A DNA stretch of 64,000 bases, taken from Candidatus Latescibacterota bacterium. Its GTDB lineage: Bacteria > Latescibacterota > UBA2968 > UBA8231. Where the stretch lies: the NCBI GenBank assembly GCA_963422735.1, contig OY730476.1, forward strand, positions 32,001-96,000, written 5' to 3'. Below, piece by piece: positions 11,833-22,600 of this stretch. The translations under genes were made by a program, and so were the position numbers. Below the pieces are notes generated by a model. That model did not search any database and was not told where the DNA came from. It saw only the letters and a list, made by a program, of their open reading frames with translations. Positions within the stretch are counted from its first letter, which is position 1. The number at the start of each line of letters is the position of its first letter.

Positions 11833-14800
11833 GACAAGTCCCTCATGCGTTGGGGATCGAGGCGGCAGCTTTGTTGATAAGGGCAGTGCGGGCAGATTTT
11901 GGCCGGGTCGTGGGCGGTGACGCGAAACACCCCACGGCGCATGGCTCGCGCATAGGAGAGGACGAAGCCGCGCACGGCGTCGAGGCGCTGGCGATACGCT
12001 TCGTGGTCGTACAGGCCGTAGCGACCGCTGGCGACATAGGCCGCATTGCGATGTGTGGCATCGGCAAATAGCCCGCTGCGGCCGCAGTCCTCTAGGTCGC
12101 GGAGCATCAGGTACGCCGCCCCGGCCCCTTCTCGCAGCCCGATTTCCTCGAACAGGGATTCAGCCGCTAGTAAGTAGAGCGGGAGCTGGAGGTTGAGACC
12201 GATGTCAATATCGGCTACGGAGGGCATGCGGCCGGTCTTGTAGTCGAAGACGACGAAGCGGCCATCGGCCGTGCGGTCGATGCGGTCGATCTTGCCGGAA
12301 AGCCGCACTTCGTCCCCGGTTTCTGGGTCGCCGATGGCATAGAGCGTGGTGGTCGATTGCTGGTCGCCCTCCCCCATGCCGGGGTAGCTGCCAAAGCTCA
12401 GCTCAAAATGGGTCGGCACGGCCGGATTAGCCGCGGCCGATTGCAGGCGGAGGAAGCAGGGCAAGATGCCCTCGCGCTCCCCGTCGTCAGAGCCGAGCAG
12501 ACGCTCTAATTCTCGATCCCAGAAAAAGCCCGTAAGCCTCATTCCCTCGGCGATTTGGCGGCCTCGGTGCCGCAGTTCCGCGATATTTGTGGCCAAGTTT
12601 TCCGTGCGTTCAGCCGCTTCGCCCCGGTCCGCATAGAAGTGGTAAAGAATACGGTGGACGAGGTTGCCGCGCTTGAGCGCCGAGTCGTCGGCTCCTGGGT
12701 CGTGGAGGGGCTGGAGGTTGAGCAGTTCTTGGGCAAAAAACCGGAAGGGACAGCGGCCGTACAGCTCTAGTTGAGTCGCGGAAAAAGAATGACCCGCGCC
12801 GAGGCGGGTGCGCAGCGCGTCGAGTAGCGGAGCCTCGTCGAGTACGCCTTCATAGTGGCCGAAACCCTCGGAACTCGTGCGCCGTTCAGCAATGTGCAAG
12901 CCGCGCACGAGATGTGCAGTGGCGCGGTCGTCGAGCCGCACGGCTTGGTTGTAGAGTGCGAGGGCGTCGTGTGCGCGCTCGGATTCGCGCACAGCGCACA
13001 GGCCGTGCCCCAATGCAAGGTGCAACTCGGCAAGGGTCCCCGGTGTGGATCCGACCTCGCACGGGGAAGGCTGCGGAGCGAGCAGGCCGTCTAACTCGGC
13101 GAAAAAGGGAGAGGGGGCAAGCATCTTGCTGCCCGACTGCTGGGGATAGAAGACGCCGAGGCCGCGGCGCGGTGTGCATACGGCGCGGTAGAACAGCAAG
13201 CGCTCGGCGGCGGTGGTGGCGTCCTCGTCTAAGTTCAGGGCGCGGCGCTGGGTTTCTTCGAGGAAAATATCGGCTGGCGGCAAGCGGGGAAATTCGCCTT
13301 GCACCAACCCGCCGAGGAAGAGGTAATCGCAGGGTGTGCTGCCCGCTGCGGCGAGGTCGGTCACCTGAATGCCAGCGCGCGTTGTGGTGGGGACATGCGC
13401 TTGAAAGATGGCGTCGCGCAGCAGGTCGGCGAACTGGCTCAGGGTGCGGGGTTGCAGGGCTGCGGCCGGCGCGCACAATTCGTCGAGTAGCTCCAAAAAG
13501 CACGCCACTGCCCGGCCGTCTTCTACCGTCCCATCTGCGAGCGCGTCTTCTACGCCGAGGGCGCCGAGGGCGTGGAGCAGATGGTGGCGGAAGGAGGGTA
13601 GGTCCTGTCGGCTCTCCAAGGGCTGGAGCAAGTCAAAGAGTGCGGTTAGGCTGGCTCGTAGGGGCTGGAGGGCCTCCCATTCGTCGCGCAGGGACTCGCG
13701 CCAAGTGGGGAAATCGTCGATTTCTTCGGAGACTGGCTCTCCTTCTCGTTCTAACTCGCGCTCTATGTAGGCGAAGGTGTCGTCAATGGCTGCGAGCCAT
13801 GCGCTGCGCCCGGTTGGCGGCGAAATGTTGCGGGTCCACGCAGCGAAGTCTGCGGCGGAAAGCGTGCTGGTCTGGCGCGCGAATGCGTAGCGCAGTCGCA
13901 CCAAGGGCAAGCTGAGCAAGCGGAAGAGCGCGGCGCGGCTGTAGCGCTCTAGCACCGCGTTGATGAGCGCGAAGATGGTGTTCATGGCGGGCGCCGTGGC
14001 AAGGGGCCGCCCACGCGCGAGATAAAAAGGCAGGCCGTGGCGCGGCAGCACTTCCTCCACCAGCGCGGCATAGTCGTCGAGGTTGCGGAAGCCAATGCGG
14101 ATCTGCGCTAGTGCTACCCCTTGCTCTTGATGCAACTGGCGGACGCGGCGGGCCATCGCTGCGACTTCACCGACCCGGTCTGGGCAGGCGACCCGCTCTA
14201 CGGGCGCATCGAGGGAGTCGCGGCTGTGGGTGAAGAGACGGCCGGCAAACGCGGCGGCTGGGTATTGCTCGGCGGTGCTGTATTCGACGCGGACAGCGCG
14301 GGCGCGGAGGAATTCGTACAGGGAGCGCGTGCGGGCAAAAAAACTTGGGGCCTCGGGAATGTAGTCGAGCAACGCGATGGATTCTGGAACGAGGGCTAGC
14401 AGCTTGTCCAGCACGGGCAAAAAAGGTGTGGGCACTTCTACAAAGCCGCAGAACACGAGCAGGCTAAGGCCGGGGAAGTGCCGGGCGAGAACCGAGCGGT
14501 CGAGGTAGGTATCCACGGCGGCAAAACGCTCGCGGCTCCCGCTCCAGCCAGCCGCAAGGCGCTCTAGGTAGGTTGCATAAAGAGCCTGCAATTCCGCGCT
14601 GCGCTGAGTTGTTCCCCGCAGGTCACTCGGCTGGGTGCCCGTTTCCTCCAACCGGCGGAACAACTGAGTTAGCCCCCGGCTCAGCCGCTCGGGTCGGCTG
14701 CTGTAATAGGGTGCGCTGGCTGCGAGGGCGTCTTCGACTAAGAGCCGGTGGGCGCTGAGGGGCAGGGTTGGTCGCTGGCCGGGGCAGAGGCTATAGAGGA

Positions 14801-15017
14801 TGTCGGTAAAACTGTTTAGGTCGAGGGCCAAGTGCCCGGTGAGCAGGTGGCCGGCGCGGATGAGCTGCCGCCGCATGAGCTGGGCTTGGAAGTGCGATGG
14901 AAAGAGCCAGAGAAAGGACTCGCTGTCGCTTGCGTCGAGACGCGCCAAACAGCGCTCGTACGCGGGCGATGCCTTGTCGGGATGGGCTGGGCCGTAGATG
15001 AGGGTCAGTTCGCCCAT
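11829..15017 (-). CDS. addB: AddB-like PD-(D/E)XK nuclease subunit
   Basis: SATQLELYGRCPFRFF, GKIDRID, FDYKTG, QLPLY and C-terminal CPHCPYQQSC; coupled to addA. Confidence 0.85.
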   Translation of the reverse strand: MGELTLIYGPAHPDKASPAYERCLARLDASDSESFLWLFPSHFQAQLMRRQLIRAGHLLTGHLALDLNSFTDILYSLCPGQRPTLPLSAHRLLVEDALAASAPYYSSRPERLSRGLTQLFRRLEETGTQPSDLRGTTQRSAELQALYATYLERLAAGWSGSRERFAAVDTYLDRSVLARHFPGLSLLVFCGFVEVPTPFLPVLDKLLALVPESIALLDYIPEAPSFFARTRSLYEFLRARAVRVEYSTAEQYPAAAFAGRLFTHSRDSLDAPVERVACPDRVGEVAAMARRVRQLHQEQGVALAQIRIGFRNLDDYAALVEEVLPRHGLPFYLARGRPLATAPAMNTIFALINAVLERYSRAALFRLLSLPLVRLRYAFARQTSTLSAADFAAWTRNISPPTGRSAWLAAIDDTFAYIERELEREGEPVSEEIDDFPTWRESLRDEWEALQPLRASLTALFDLLQPLESRQDLPSFRHHLLHALGALGVEDALADGTVEDGRAVACFLELLDELCAPAAALQPRTLSQFADLLRDAIFQAHVPTTTRAGIQVTDLAAAGSTPCDYLFLGGLVQGEFPRLPPADIFLEETQRRALNLDEDATTAAERLLFYRAVCTPRRGLGVFYPQQSGSKMLAPSPFFAELDGLLAPQPSPCEVGSTPGTLAELHLALGHGLCAVRESERAHDALALYNQAVRLDDRATAHLVRGLHIAERRTSSEGFGHYEGVLDEAPLLDALRTRLGAGHSFSATQLELYGRCPFRFFAQELLNLQPLHDPGADDSALKRGNLVHRILYHFYADRGEAAERTENLATNIAELRHRGRQIAEGMRLTGFFWDRELERLLGSDDGEREGILPCFLRLQSAAANPAVPTHFELSFGSYPGMGEGDQQSTTTLYAIGDPETGDEVRLSGKIDRIDRTADGRFVVFDYKTGRMPSVADIDIGLNLQLPLYLLAAESLFEEIGLREGAGAAYLMLRDLEDCGRSGLFADATHRNAAYVASGRYGLYDHEAYRQRLDAVRGFVLSYARAMRRGVFRVTAHDPAKICPHCPYQQSCRLDPQRMRDLS

Positions 15018-15023
15018 TAAGAG

Positions 15024-15121
15024 CAGTGGTTAGGGGTTAGTGATCAGTGGTTAGGGGTTAGTGATCAGTGGTTAGGGGTTAGTGATCAGTGGTTAGTGAT
15101 CAGTGATCAGGGGTTAGGGGT
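15024..15121. repeat. Tandem array of 14 heptamers (YAGKGRT), including three perfect 21-bp units
   Basis: (CAGTGGT TAGGGGT TAGTGAT)x3 CAGTGGT TAGTGAT CAGTGAT CAGGGGT TAGGGGT. Confidence 0.95.
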
Positions 15122-15188
15122 CGGTCCCAACTCGCCCTTGGGTGTGGTGCTGGGGCTGACCACAGCCCCTATTCAGGGGTGCGCTGCC

Positions 15189-15217
15189 AACGTATCGCCG
15201 AGGAAAAACACTGTCAA
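15189..15217 (-). promoter_or_regulatory. Putative sigma70 promoter of addBA
   Basis: Minus strand TTGACA-17 nt-TACGTT. Confidence 0.5.
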
Positions 15218-15309
15218 GACGCTCGACGCACCGTGCGTTGACATAGAACCGAGCAGGTCGCTTTTTATGCCACGCGGCAGAACCGCGCCTTTTCTTTGGG
15301 GAACTCGCG

Positions 15310-16320
15310 ATGAAAAAATGGGCTGTTGTATTCTTTCTGTGGTGTAGTTGCGCCCCCTTGACCTCTCCTGCGGGAGAGCCGGGGGAATGGCAGGCACCCG
15401 AGATGCCGGCCGAGCCGCCGAGTGCGCTAGAGCAGTACTTGAAGGTGCGCCAGCACTATGGTTTTGGCCCCCGGCCCGACTTTGTGGCCGTGGTGCCGTT
15501 TGTCGATGAATCGGGGTTTCGCGAGGGGGTGTGGAACGTCGAATACGAACTGGCCAACATGCTTAGCGCAGAATTGGCGACCCTTCGCAAATGGCAGGTC
15601 GTCCCTTTTGACGCGGTCGCCGAGTTGGCTCTGGAGTTTGGGGTTCCCGACCACGCGCAGGCCCTCGCGATCGGCCGCAAGCTGGAGGCTGATTTCGTCG
15701 TCGTGGGCCTTTTGCAGGACTACGACATGCGCCGCCTGTCGGTGGGGGATCCCTTGTTGGGCGGCTACAAATCCTATTCGGCCGTGGCGCAGATGAGGGT
15801 CGAGATCGCACAGGTTGACGACGGCGGCACGATCGGTCAGGCAGAGGTGCATCGCGAGCTCAACGACCGCGATTTGGGACTCGCCCTGTTGGGCAAGCCG
15901 CGCGAGCAGGACTTGCAATTTGCCGGATTGAAGGAGCTAGCGTTTGGCTCAGAGGCGTTCCGCCAAACCCTGTTGGGCGAGGCGACGGTAGAGGCCGTAG
16001 GCGAGCTGGTGCACAAGGTGGCTGCTGCTTTCGACCCAGAAGGCTTGGCGTTTGAGGGCGATGCACCCGAGGTCATCGCCGTGTACAGCGAGGACATTTA
16101 CGCCAATATCGGCAGCGCGCACGGCGTGCGGTCGCGGTTGCGCTTTTTCGTCTATCCGAGCAACGACCGGATAGAGGCTGAGGGGCTAGCACCCGAAGAG
16201 TCGGTTGCCCTCGTCGAGGTCGCTGAAATCATCAGCACCCGGCTCGCCAGCTTGCGGGTGCTCCGCGCAACCGGGGAGATCAAGCCGGGCGATCGACTCG
16301 AGTTAGCGGAAGGAGAATAG
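15310..16320 (+). CDS. Lipoprotein with CsgG/FlgT-like domain
   Basis: Lipoprotein-like N-terminus (WCSC); VAVVPF and ALAIGRKLEADFVVVG. Confidence 0.6.
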   Translation: MKKWAVVFFLWCSCAPLTSPAGEPGEWQAPEMPAEPPSALEQYLKVRQHYGFGPRPDFVAVVPFVDESGFREGVWNVEYELANMLSAELATLRKWQVVPFDAVAELALEFGVPDHAQALAIGRKLEADFVVVGLLQDYDMRRLSVGDPLLGGYKSYSAVAQMRVEIAQVDDGGTIGQAEVHRELNDRDLGLALLGKPREQDLQFAGLKELAFGSEAFRQTLLGEATVEAVGELVHKVAAAFDPEGLAFEGDAPEVIAVYSEDIYANIGSAHGVRSRLRFFVYPSNDRIEAEGLAPEESVALVEVAEIISTRLASLRVLRATGEIKPGDRLELAEGE

Positions 16321-16322
16321 CG

Positions 16323-17357
16323 ATGCAGGGCGTGGTCAAATACCAGCGGGGCGACGGATTTGTCGAGTTGCGCGACGTAGCGGATGCGCCGCCCGGCCCC
16401 AAGCAGGTGAAGGTCGAGGTGCAGGCCACCGGGATTTGCGGATCGGATCTACACGTGTACCGCGATACTATCAACTACCATATCCAGACCCCGGTCGTCA
16501 TGGGGCACGAGTTCAGCGGCGTGGTAGTGGAAAAGGGCTCGGAAGTCGGCGATCAAGTCGAGGTGGGCGACCGCGTGACTGGCGAGCCGAGTGTGTACAT
16601 CTGCGGCGACTGCGAATACTGCTTGAGCGAGCACTACAACCTCTGTCCCGAGCGCAAGGTCATGGGCTACTGGCACCATGGCTGCTTTGCGCCCTACTGC
16701 AATGCGACCTTCGTCCACAAGCTGCCCGCTGGCGTGGGGTTTGAAGCCGGTGCCCTGACTGAGCTGTTAGCCTGCTGCGTGCATTCGGTCATCGAGCAGG
16801 CCGGCGTGACCGCCGGGGACTTCGTCGCCATCACCGGGCCTGGGCCGGTGGGGCTATTCTCGGCACTCGTGGCGCTGGCCGAGGGGGGGACGGTGATCCT
16901 CTGCGGCACCGAGCGGGATGCCGAGCGGCTGCAACTGGCCGCGGATCTGGGCGTACAACACACGGTCGATATTGCGGCCTGCGACCCAGTGGCGCGAGTG
17001 CGCGAGCTGACCGGCGGCTATGGTGCCGACGTGGTGGTCGAGTGCGCGGGCGTGGCACCGGCTATGCGGTTGGCCTTGGAACTTGTGCGCAAGCGGGGCC
17101 GCTACGCCCAGATGGGCCTGCCGGGCGCGCCCGTGGAGATCGACTTCGAGAAGATCGCCTACAACGAACTCAAGGTCTCCGGCGGCATTGGCCAGCGGCG
17201 ACCGGCTTGGAAGCGGGCACTGCGGCTGATGGAGCGGGGCTTTATTCCCAGCGAAAAGCTGATCACCCACCACTTTGCCCTGAGCCAATGGCAGCGAGCC
17301 TTTGACATGGCCGAGGAGCAGGAGGGAATCAAGCTGATGTTCATGCCGCAGGGCTAA
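16323..17357 (+). CDS. Zn-dependent (polyol/L-iditol-type) dehydrogenase
   Basis: GICGSDLH, GHEFSG, CGDCEYC...C and GPGPVG. Confidence 0.9.
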   Translation: MQGVVKYQRGDGFVELRDVADAPPGPKQVKVEVQATGICGSDLHVYRDTINYHIQTPVVMGHEFSGVVVEKGSEVGDQVEVGDRVTGEPSVYICGDCEYCLSEHYNLCPERKVMGYWHHGCFAPYCNATFVHKLPAGVGFEAGALTELLACCVHSVIEQAGVTAGDFVAITGPGPVGLFSALVALAEGGTVILCGTERDAERLQLAADLGVQHTVDIAACDPVARVRELTGGYGADVVVECAGVAPAMRLALELVRKRGRYAQMGLPGAPVEIDFEKIAYNELKVSGGIGQRRPAWKRALRLMERGFIPSEKLITHHFALSQWQRAFDMAEEQEGIKLMFMPQG

Positions 17358-17416
17358 GCGCAACCCGCGCTTGTGGCTTTGGCGAAAATTGACAATCATC
17401 ATAAAAAAGTGATAAA

Positions 17417-17788
17417 TTGGGTGTGTGGGACTTCCGCGAATACCATAGTGCGGTAGGGAAGTGTCCTGTATCGGAATGGTATGGAGAGTTATCAGCGAAA
17501 AATAGAGCGAGAGCCGACCGGTTTTTGCGCATCGCTCGGCGGTTCAACCGGCTTGAACCGCCGCATTTCAAGAAATTTCGCGAGTTATGGGAAGCGCGTT
17601 GGTGGGGTGAAAATAAGGTTCCGCATCGGATATTTTGTTATGTCCCTTCCGATAGACAGTTGACATTGCTCTGTGGCTGCATACACAAGGACGATCGATA
17701 TAAGCCTACGAAAGCCTATAATACGGCGGTACAGCGCCGCAACGAAATAGAAAACGGGGAGGCAAGCACCCATGAGTTCGATTTATAA
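17417..17788 (+). CDS. RelE/HigB-like toxin
   Basis: Y..AVGKCPVSEWY, LWEARW, HRIF and LLCGCIHK pattern, upstream of an HTH gene; start uncertain (GTG 17423). Confidence 0.7.
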   Translation: MGVWDFREYHSAVGKCPVSEWYGELSAKNRARADRFLRIARRFNRLEPPHFKKFRELWEARWWGENKVPHRIFCYVPSDRQLTLLCGCIHKDDRYKPTKAYNTAVQRRNEIENGEASTHEFDL

Positions 17789-18356
17789 GCTCTGGCGTAA
17801 ACTGCGCGACAAAGCGTACCGAGACGGCTATACGGAAGCTCAGCTTTCAATTGAGATGCCCTTTCAGATCCGAGCAATCCGCAAAGCACTCGGCTGGACG
17901 CAAGCCCAACTCGCGGAGCGGAGCGGCATTCCGCAAGCGCGGATATCCCACATTGAACAGCCCGGCCGGGATCCGCTGTCGTTGCGGACGCTGTACCGAT
18001 TGGCAACCGCCTTTGACGTGGGCTTGCTGGTACAGTTTGTGCCGTTTAGCGAGTTGGTACGGCGGGAAGCGGCCTTTGACCCCGAGACGTTTCGCGTCCC
18101 CAGCTATGCAGAGGATCATATAGAGAGAACCGCACAGACTACCGATACATTGGTGACAACGGAGCCTTACACGACCAACCTCAAACTTGAATTCAAGGTA
18201 CAGGTACCGTCCGCAGAGAGTTTGCAGGTTCGGGGCTTATTCTTCCAGTCGCTAGAAACTCAGACTCGCAACGTGATCCTAGCTAGCACAGAACCCGGCA
18301 CCGATTGGTCCACAGAAAGGACACCGTATGAATACAAAGCACAGGCCACAGGATGA
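17772..18356 (+). CDS. HigA-like XRE antitoxin with long C-terminal extension
   Basis: QIRAIRKALGWTQAQLAERSGIPQARISHIE...SLRTLYRLA, followed by an ~80 aa Thr-rich tail. Confidence 0.8.
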   Translation: MSSIYKLWRKLRDKAYRDGYTEAQLSIEMPFQIRAIRKALGWTQAQLAERSGIPQARISHIEQPGRDPLSLRTLYRLATAFDVGLLVQFVPFSELVRREAAFDPETFRVPSYAEDHIERTAQTTDTLVTTEPYTTNLKLEFKVQVPSAESLQVRGLFFQSLETQTRNVILASTEPGTDWSTERTPYEYKAQATG

Positions 18357-18627
18357 GTCTGTAAACATCGATGAACTGCCACAGCAGCGGGCGGCAGGCT
18401 ATCTTTCGACGTACTCGAATCACGTTGAAATGGGATTCTCGCCGTGGGATTTCAGGGTTTTGTTCTTCGAGATCACGGAAGATGAAAACGGAGATATCAT
18501 ACGCGAAAAGAAGGCTCGCGTGGCGATGTCCCCTCAGCATGCGATGGCTTTTTCGCAGCTATTGAACAGCGCTATCGAGAAGTGGGCTAAGGAACACGCC
18601 TCCGATCAGCGGAATGAGCAAGCCTGA
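18328..18627 (+). CDS. DUF3467-like protein
   Basis: YSNHVEMGFSPWDFRVLF...RVAMSPQHAMAFSQLL pattern; overlaps the antitoxin stop. Confidence 0.7.
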   Translation: MNTKHRPQDESVNIDELPQQRAAGYLSTYSNHVEMGFSPWDFRVLFFEITEDENGDIIREKKARVAMSPQHAMAFSQLLNSAIEKWAKEHASDQRNEQA

Positions 18628-18834
18628 ATGAAATGGCCTGAAACTCGGCATTTGACCAAAGGCAACAGGACATCACAGTACTTGCCCCTTGAGAGCACAC
18701 CTGCTGCTCTAGTCGCAGCGGCTGTAGAATTTTTTGGTTTTTTATTAGTCCACGCCGAATGAAATGCGGCCGCTAAAAGCACTTGAAATCGTCTCCCACC
18801 GCTTCTTTGCTTTTTGCTTTTACAAGGCGATAGG

Positions 18835-19040
18835 AGTAGCTGTATTTCGGTGCCACGATTCCGCCGCTCCACTTCGAGCGTGTAAATGAAGCCCGGCACA
18901 TGCGTAAATCCCTCTATTTCCTCATAGAAAAATTCCCACGCTCCAGTTTCCTCGTTTTTTGCCACCAGACACCCGCACTCGATGGAGCCTTGGCACGTCA
19001 TTCTTTCAGGCCCGATCACGAGCGTCTCGATGGAAGATGA
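18835..19040 (-). pseudogene. DUF4377-like fragment
   Basis: TLVIGPERMTCQG...CLVAK...WEFFYEEIEGFTHVPGFIYTLEV, truncated. Confidence 0.5.
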
Positions 19041-19371
19041 AAGCGGGTTTGAGCCGCCGCCGCGATAGCAAAGAGTTGGGCCGCATGATATAGCAGTCCT
19101 AAATGACTTGAAAATATAATATAGAACGTTCATTGGCTCTGTCTCTTCTGTCTATAAGAAGTCATCTCCCGCGAAGGCGGGCTTCACCGAGAGGCGTGAC
19201 ATATAGTATTGAATGACGTAGGATTGCTATATGCTTCCTTTTATTGAGCCTTGACACAGCACTCGTTTTAAGAGCGTGAATAGGTTTACCGCGTAAGCAC
19301 TAGGTAGTTAGGGAGATGGGTCGTTTGGGCACAACGAATAACGGACTTTCCTAGAATAAGGACTGTTTAAT

Positions 19372-19392
19372 TAGTGGTTAGTGGTTAGTGGT
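19372..19392. repeat. 3 x TAGTGGT heptamer upstream of res
   Basis: Three perfect copies of the same unit seen at 5248 and 15024. Confidence 0.85.
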
Positions 19393-19618
19393 CCGTCCCA
19401 TCCGCCCCCTTGGCGACGGGTACCCGGCGACGGGTCCCGGAACATTGACGCGGGGGACTGCGCTGGTCCGGACGAGGGCTACGGGCCAGCCGAGTGAAAC
19501 CGCCTAAATGAAACCGGAATCCCCAACCGTACACTAGGAAATTCCGACTAATAAACCTAAACTAGGTAGGAACTGCACGGCAATGTGTTTAGGTGTCATG
19601 TAGTTAGGGGGCATCGTT

Positions 19619-22600
19619 TTGACTGAATTCTTTGAACAGCCCATTCTCAACTCGCCTTACGAGCGCCCGAACCGGCATTGGGAACTGGACGAGACCGGGC
19701 AGCCGACCCAGCAGATCGTCGAACACCGCCGGCAGGCCGAGTTTATCACGCCGATCCCACAGCCTAAGAAGCGCAAGGGAAAAGAGCAACAAGCCGCGCT
19801 GGTATTCGACGCGGCGGCGCAGAAGCTCGAAACCGCCGGCCAGCAATACGACCTGACGGCCATCATCAACGGGGTTCGTCAGCAGGTTGATCGCTGGCGC
19901 GACCTACCGAATCCGAGCCAATGGCAGGTGACCCCGGAGACCGCTCGGCTGCTCCGGCACTGGCGGGACCACCGCTTCAGTGGGACTCGGCCCTTCTTCT
20001 GCCAAGTCGAAGCGGTAGAGACCGCTATATGGCTCACTGAAGTTGCGCCTAGAACGCGATCCGGCAAGAGCTTCCTCGACCACCTAGCGAACGCCAACAA
20101 CGACGCCAATCCAGACCTGCCCCTGCCGCGGTTGGCACTCAAGTTGGCGACCGGCACCGGCAAGACCACGGTTATGGCCATGTTGATTGCTTGGCAGACC
20201 GTCAACGCGGTGCGCCGGCCTCAGAGCCGCGGCTTCACGCGCGGTTTCCTCGTAGTCACGCCCGGGATCACCATCAAGGACCGCCTGCGGGTGCTGCAAC
20301 CAAACGATCCGGACAGTTACTACCAGAGCCGCGAGTTGGTTCCAAGCGACATGCTCCCCGACTTGGAAAAGGCCAAGATCGTCATTACCAACTACCACGC
20401 CTTCAAGCGGCGCGAACGCATGGAGCTTTCCAAAGGCGGGCGATCTTTGCTTCAGGGACGGGGCGAGACGCTCTCGACCTTGGAGACCGAGGGGCAAATG
20501 CTGCAACGGGTGATGCCCGAACTCATGGGCGTAAAGAACGTCTTGATCCTCAACGACGAAGCGCACCACTGCTACCGCGAGAAGCCGGGCGAGGGGGAGG
20601 AAGGTGCGCTCAAGGGCGATGACAGAAAGGAAGCCGAAAAGAACAGGGAGGCGGCGCGGCTGTGGATTTCCGGGCTGGAAATCGTCGGCAGCAAGCTCGG
20701 CATCAACCGGGTGATGGACCTCTCGGCAACGCCGTTCTTTTTGCGCGGGTCGGGCTACGCCGAAGGTACGTTGTTCCCCTGGACGATGTGCGACTTCTCG
20801 CTCATGGACGCCATTGAATGCGGCATCGTCAAACTGCCCCGCGTGCCGGTGGCCGACAACATCCCCGGCAGCGACATGCCCAAGTTTCGCAATCTTTGGG
20901 AACACATCCGCACCAACATGCCGAAGAAGGGGCGGGGCAAGGCCAAGGAACTCGATCCTCTCAGTTTGCCCGTGGAGCTACAGACCGCACTGGAAGCCCT
21001 GTATGGGCATTATCGGAAGACCTTCGCGCTTATGCAGGAGGCGGGCATTGGCGTGCCGCCGTGCTTCATTGTGGTCTGCAACAACACCTCGACCTCCAAG
21101 TTGGTGTACGACTACATCTCCGGCTTCCACCGCGAGAACGAGGATGGTTCAAAGAAACTTGAGAATGGTCGCCTAGCGCTGTTTCGCAACTTTGACGAAC
21201 AGGGCAACCAGTACCCACGGCCTCGCACCCTGCTAATCGACAGCGAACAATTGGAGTCTGGCGACGCGCTCGACAAGAACTTCCGCAACATGGCGGCAGA
21301 TGAGATCGAGCGTTTCCGCCGCGAGATTATCGAACGTACCGGCGACCGTCGTCAGGCCGGAAATATCACCGACCAAGACTTGCTGCGGGAAGTGATGAAT
21401 ACAGTCGGCAAACCGGGGCGGCTAGGGGATTCGATTCGCTGTGTGGTGTCGGTCTCTATGCTCACGGAAGGGTGGGATGCGAACACCGTCAGCCATGTGT
21501 TGGGCGTGCGGGCCTTTGGGACGCAGTTGCTTTGCGAGCAGGTCGTTGGCCGTGCGTTGCGCCGGCAGTCCTACGATCTCAACGAAAAAGGTTTGTTCGA
21601 TGTCGAGTACGCCGATGTCTTGGGCATTCCATTCGACTTTACGGCCAAGCCCGTTGTGGCCCCGACGAGACCGCCGCGAGAGACCGTTCAGGTGCGGGCC
21701 ATGCGACCTGAACGGGATGCGCTGGAGATTTGTTTTCCTCGGGTAGCCGGGTATCGAGTGGAATTGCCGGAAGAGCGGCTCAAAGCCGAGTTCAACGAGG
21801 ACTCGGTGCTGGAACTCACGCCCGATCTGGTTGGTCCGTCGAGAACGAGGAACCAGGGGATTATCGGCGAGGGCGTGGATCTCAATCTGGTTCACACCAA
21901 CGACCTGCGGCGCTCGACCCTACTTTTTCATCTGACCCATCGGTTGCTCTACACCAAGTACCGCGATCCGGGCGAAGAGCCCAAGCTCTATCTTTTCGGC
22001 CAGCTCAAGCGCATCGCCAAGCAGTGGCTCGATGGCTGCCTCGTCTGCAAGGGCAGCACCTATCCGGCCCAACTCATGTACCAGGGACTAGCCGACACAG
22101 CCTGCGGGCGCATCGCCGCCGCCATCACGCAAGCGAAAATCGACCATCATCCGGTCAAAGCGGTGCTCGATCCGTACAACTCCGTTGGTTCAACAGCCCA
22201 CGTGAATTTCAACACGACCAAGGCCAGCCGCTGGCAGACCGACGCCCGCCGTTGCCACATCAACTGGATCATCCTCGACAGCGACTGGGAAGCGGAGTTT
22301 TGCCGCGTCGCCGAATCCCATCCGCACGTCAAAGCCTACGTCAAAAACCACAATCTCGGCTTGGAAGTGCCCTACCGTTGCGGGTCGGAAACGCGGACGT
22401 ATATCCCGGACTTTATCGTCCGCATTGATGATGGCGGTGGCGATGAGGATCTGCTGCATCTGATCGTCGAGATCAAGGGCTATCGGGGGGAAGACGCCAA
22501 GGACAAGAAGACGACCATGGACACCTATTGGGTGCCTGGCGTGAATCATCGCGGGGACTACGGGCGCTGGGCTTTTGCCGAGCTTACCGATGTGTTCGAG

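Noticed and set aside
15024-15121. CRISPR array or telomere-like repeat
   Set aside because: Contiguous 7/21-bp units with no unique spacers and no cas genes; internal position, and the unit matches the local heptamer family.
19161-19181. REP-like palindrome GTCATCTCCCGCGAAGGCGGG
   Set aside because: Single degenerate copy; not enough to call an element.
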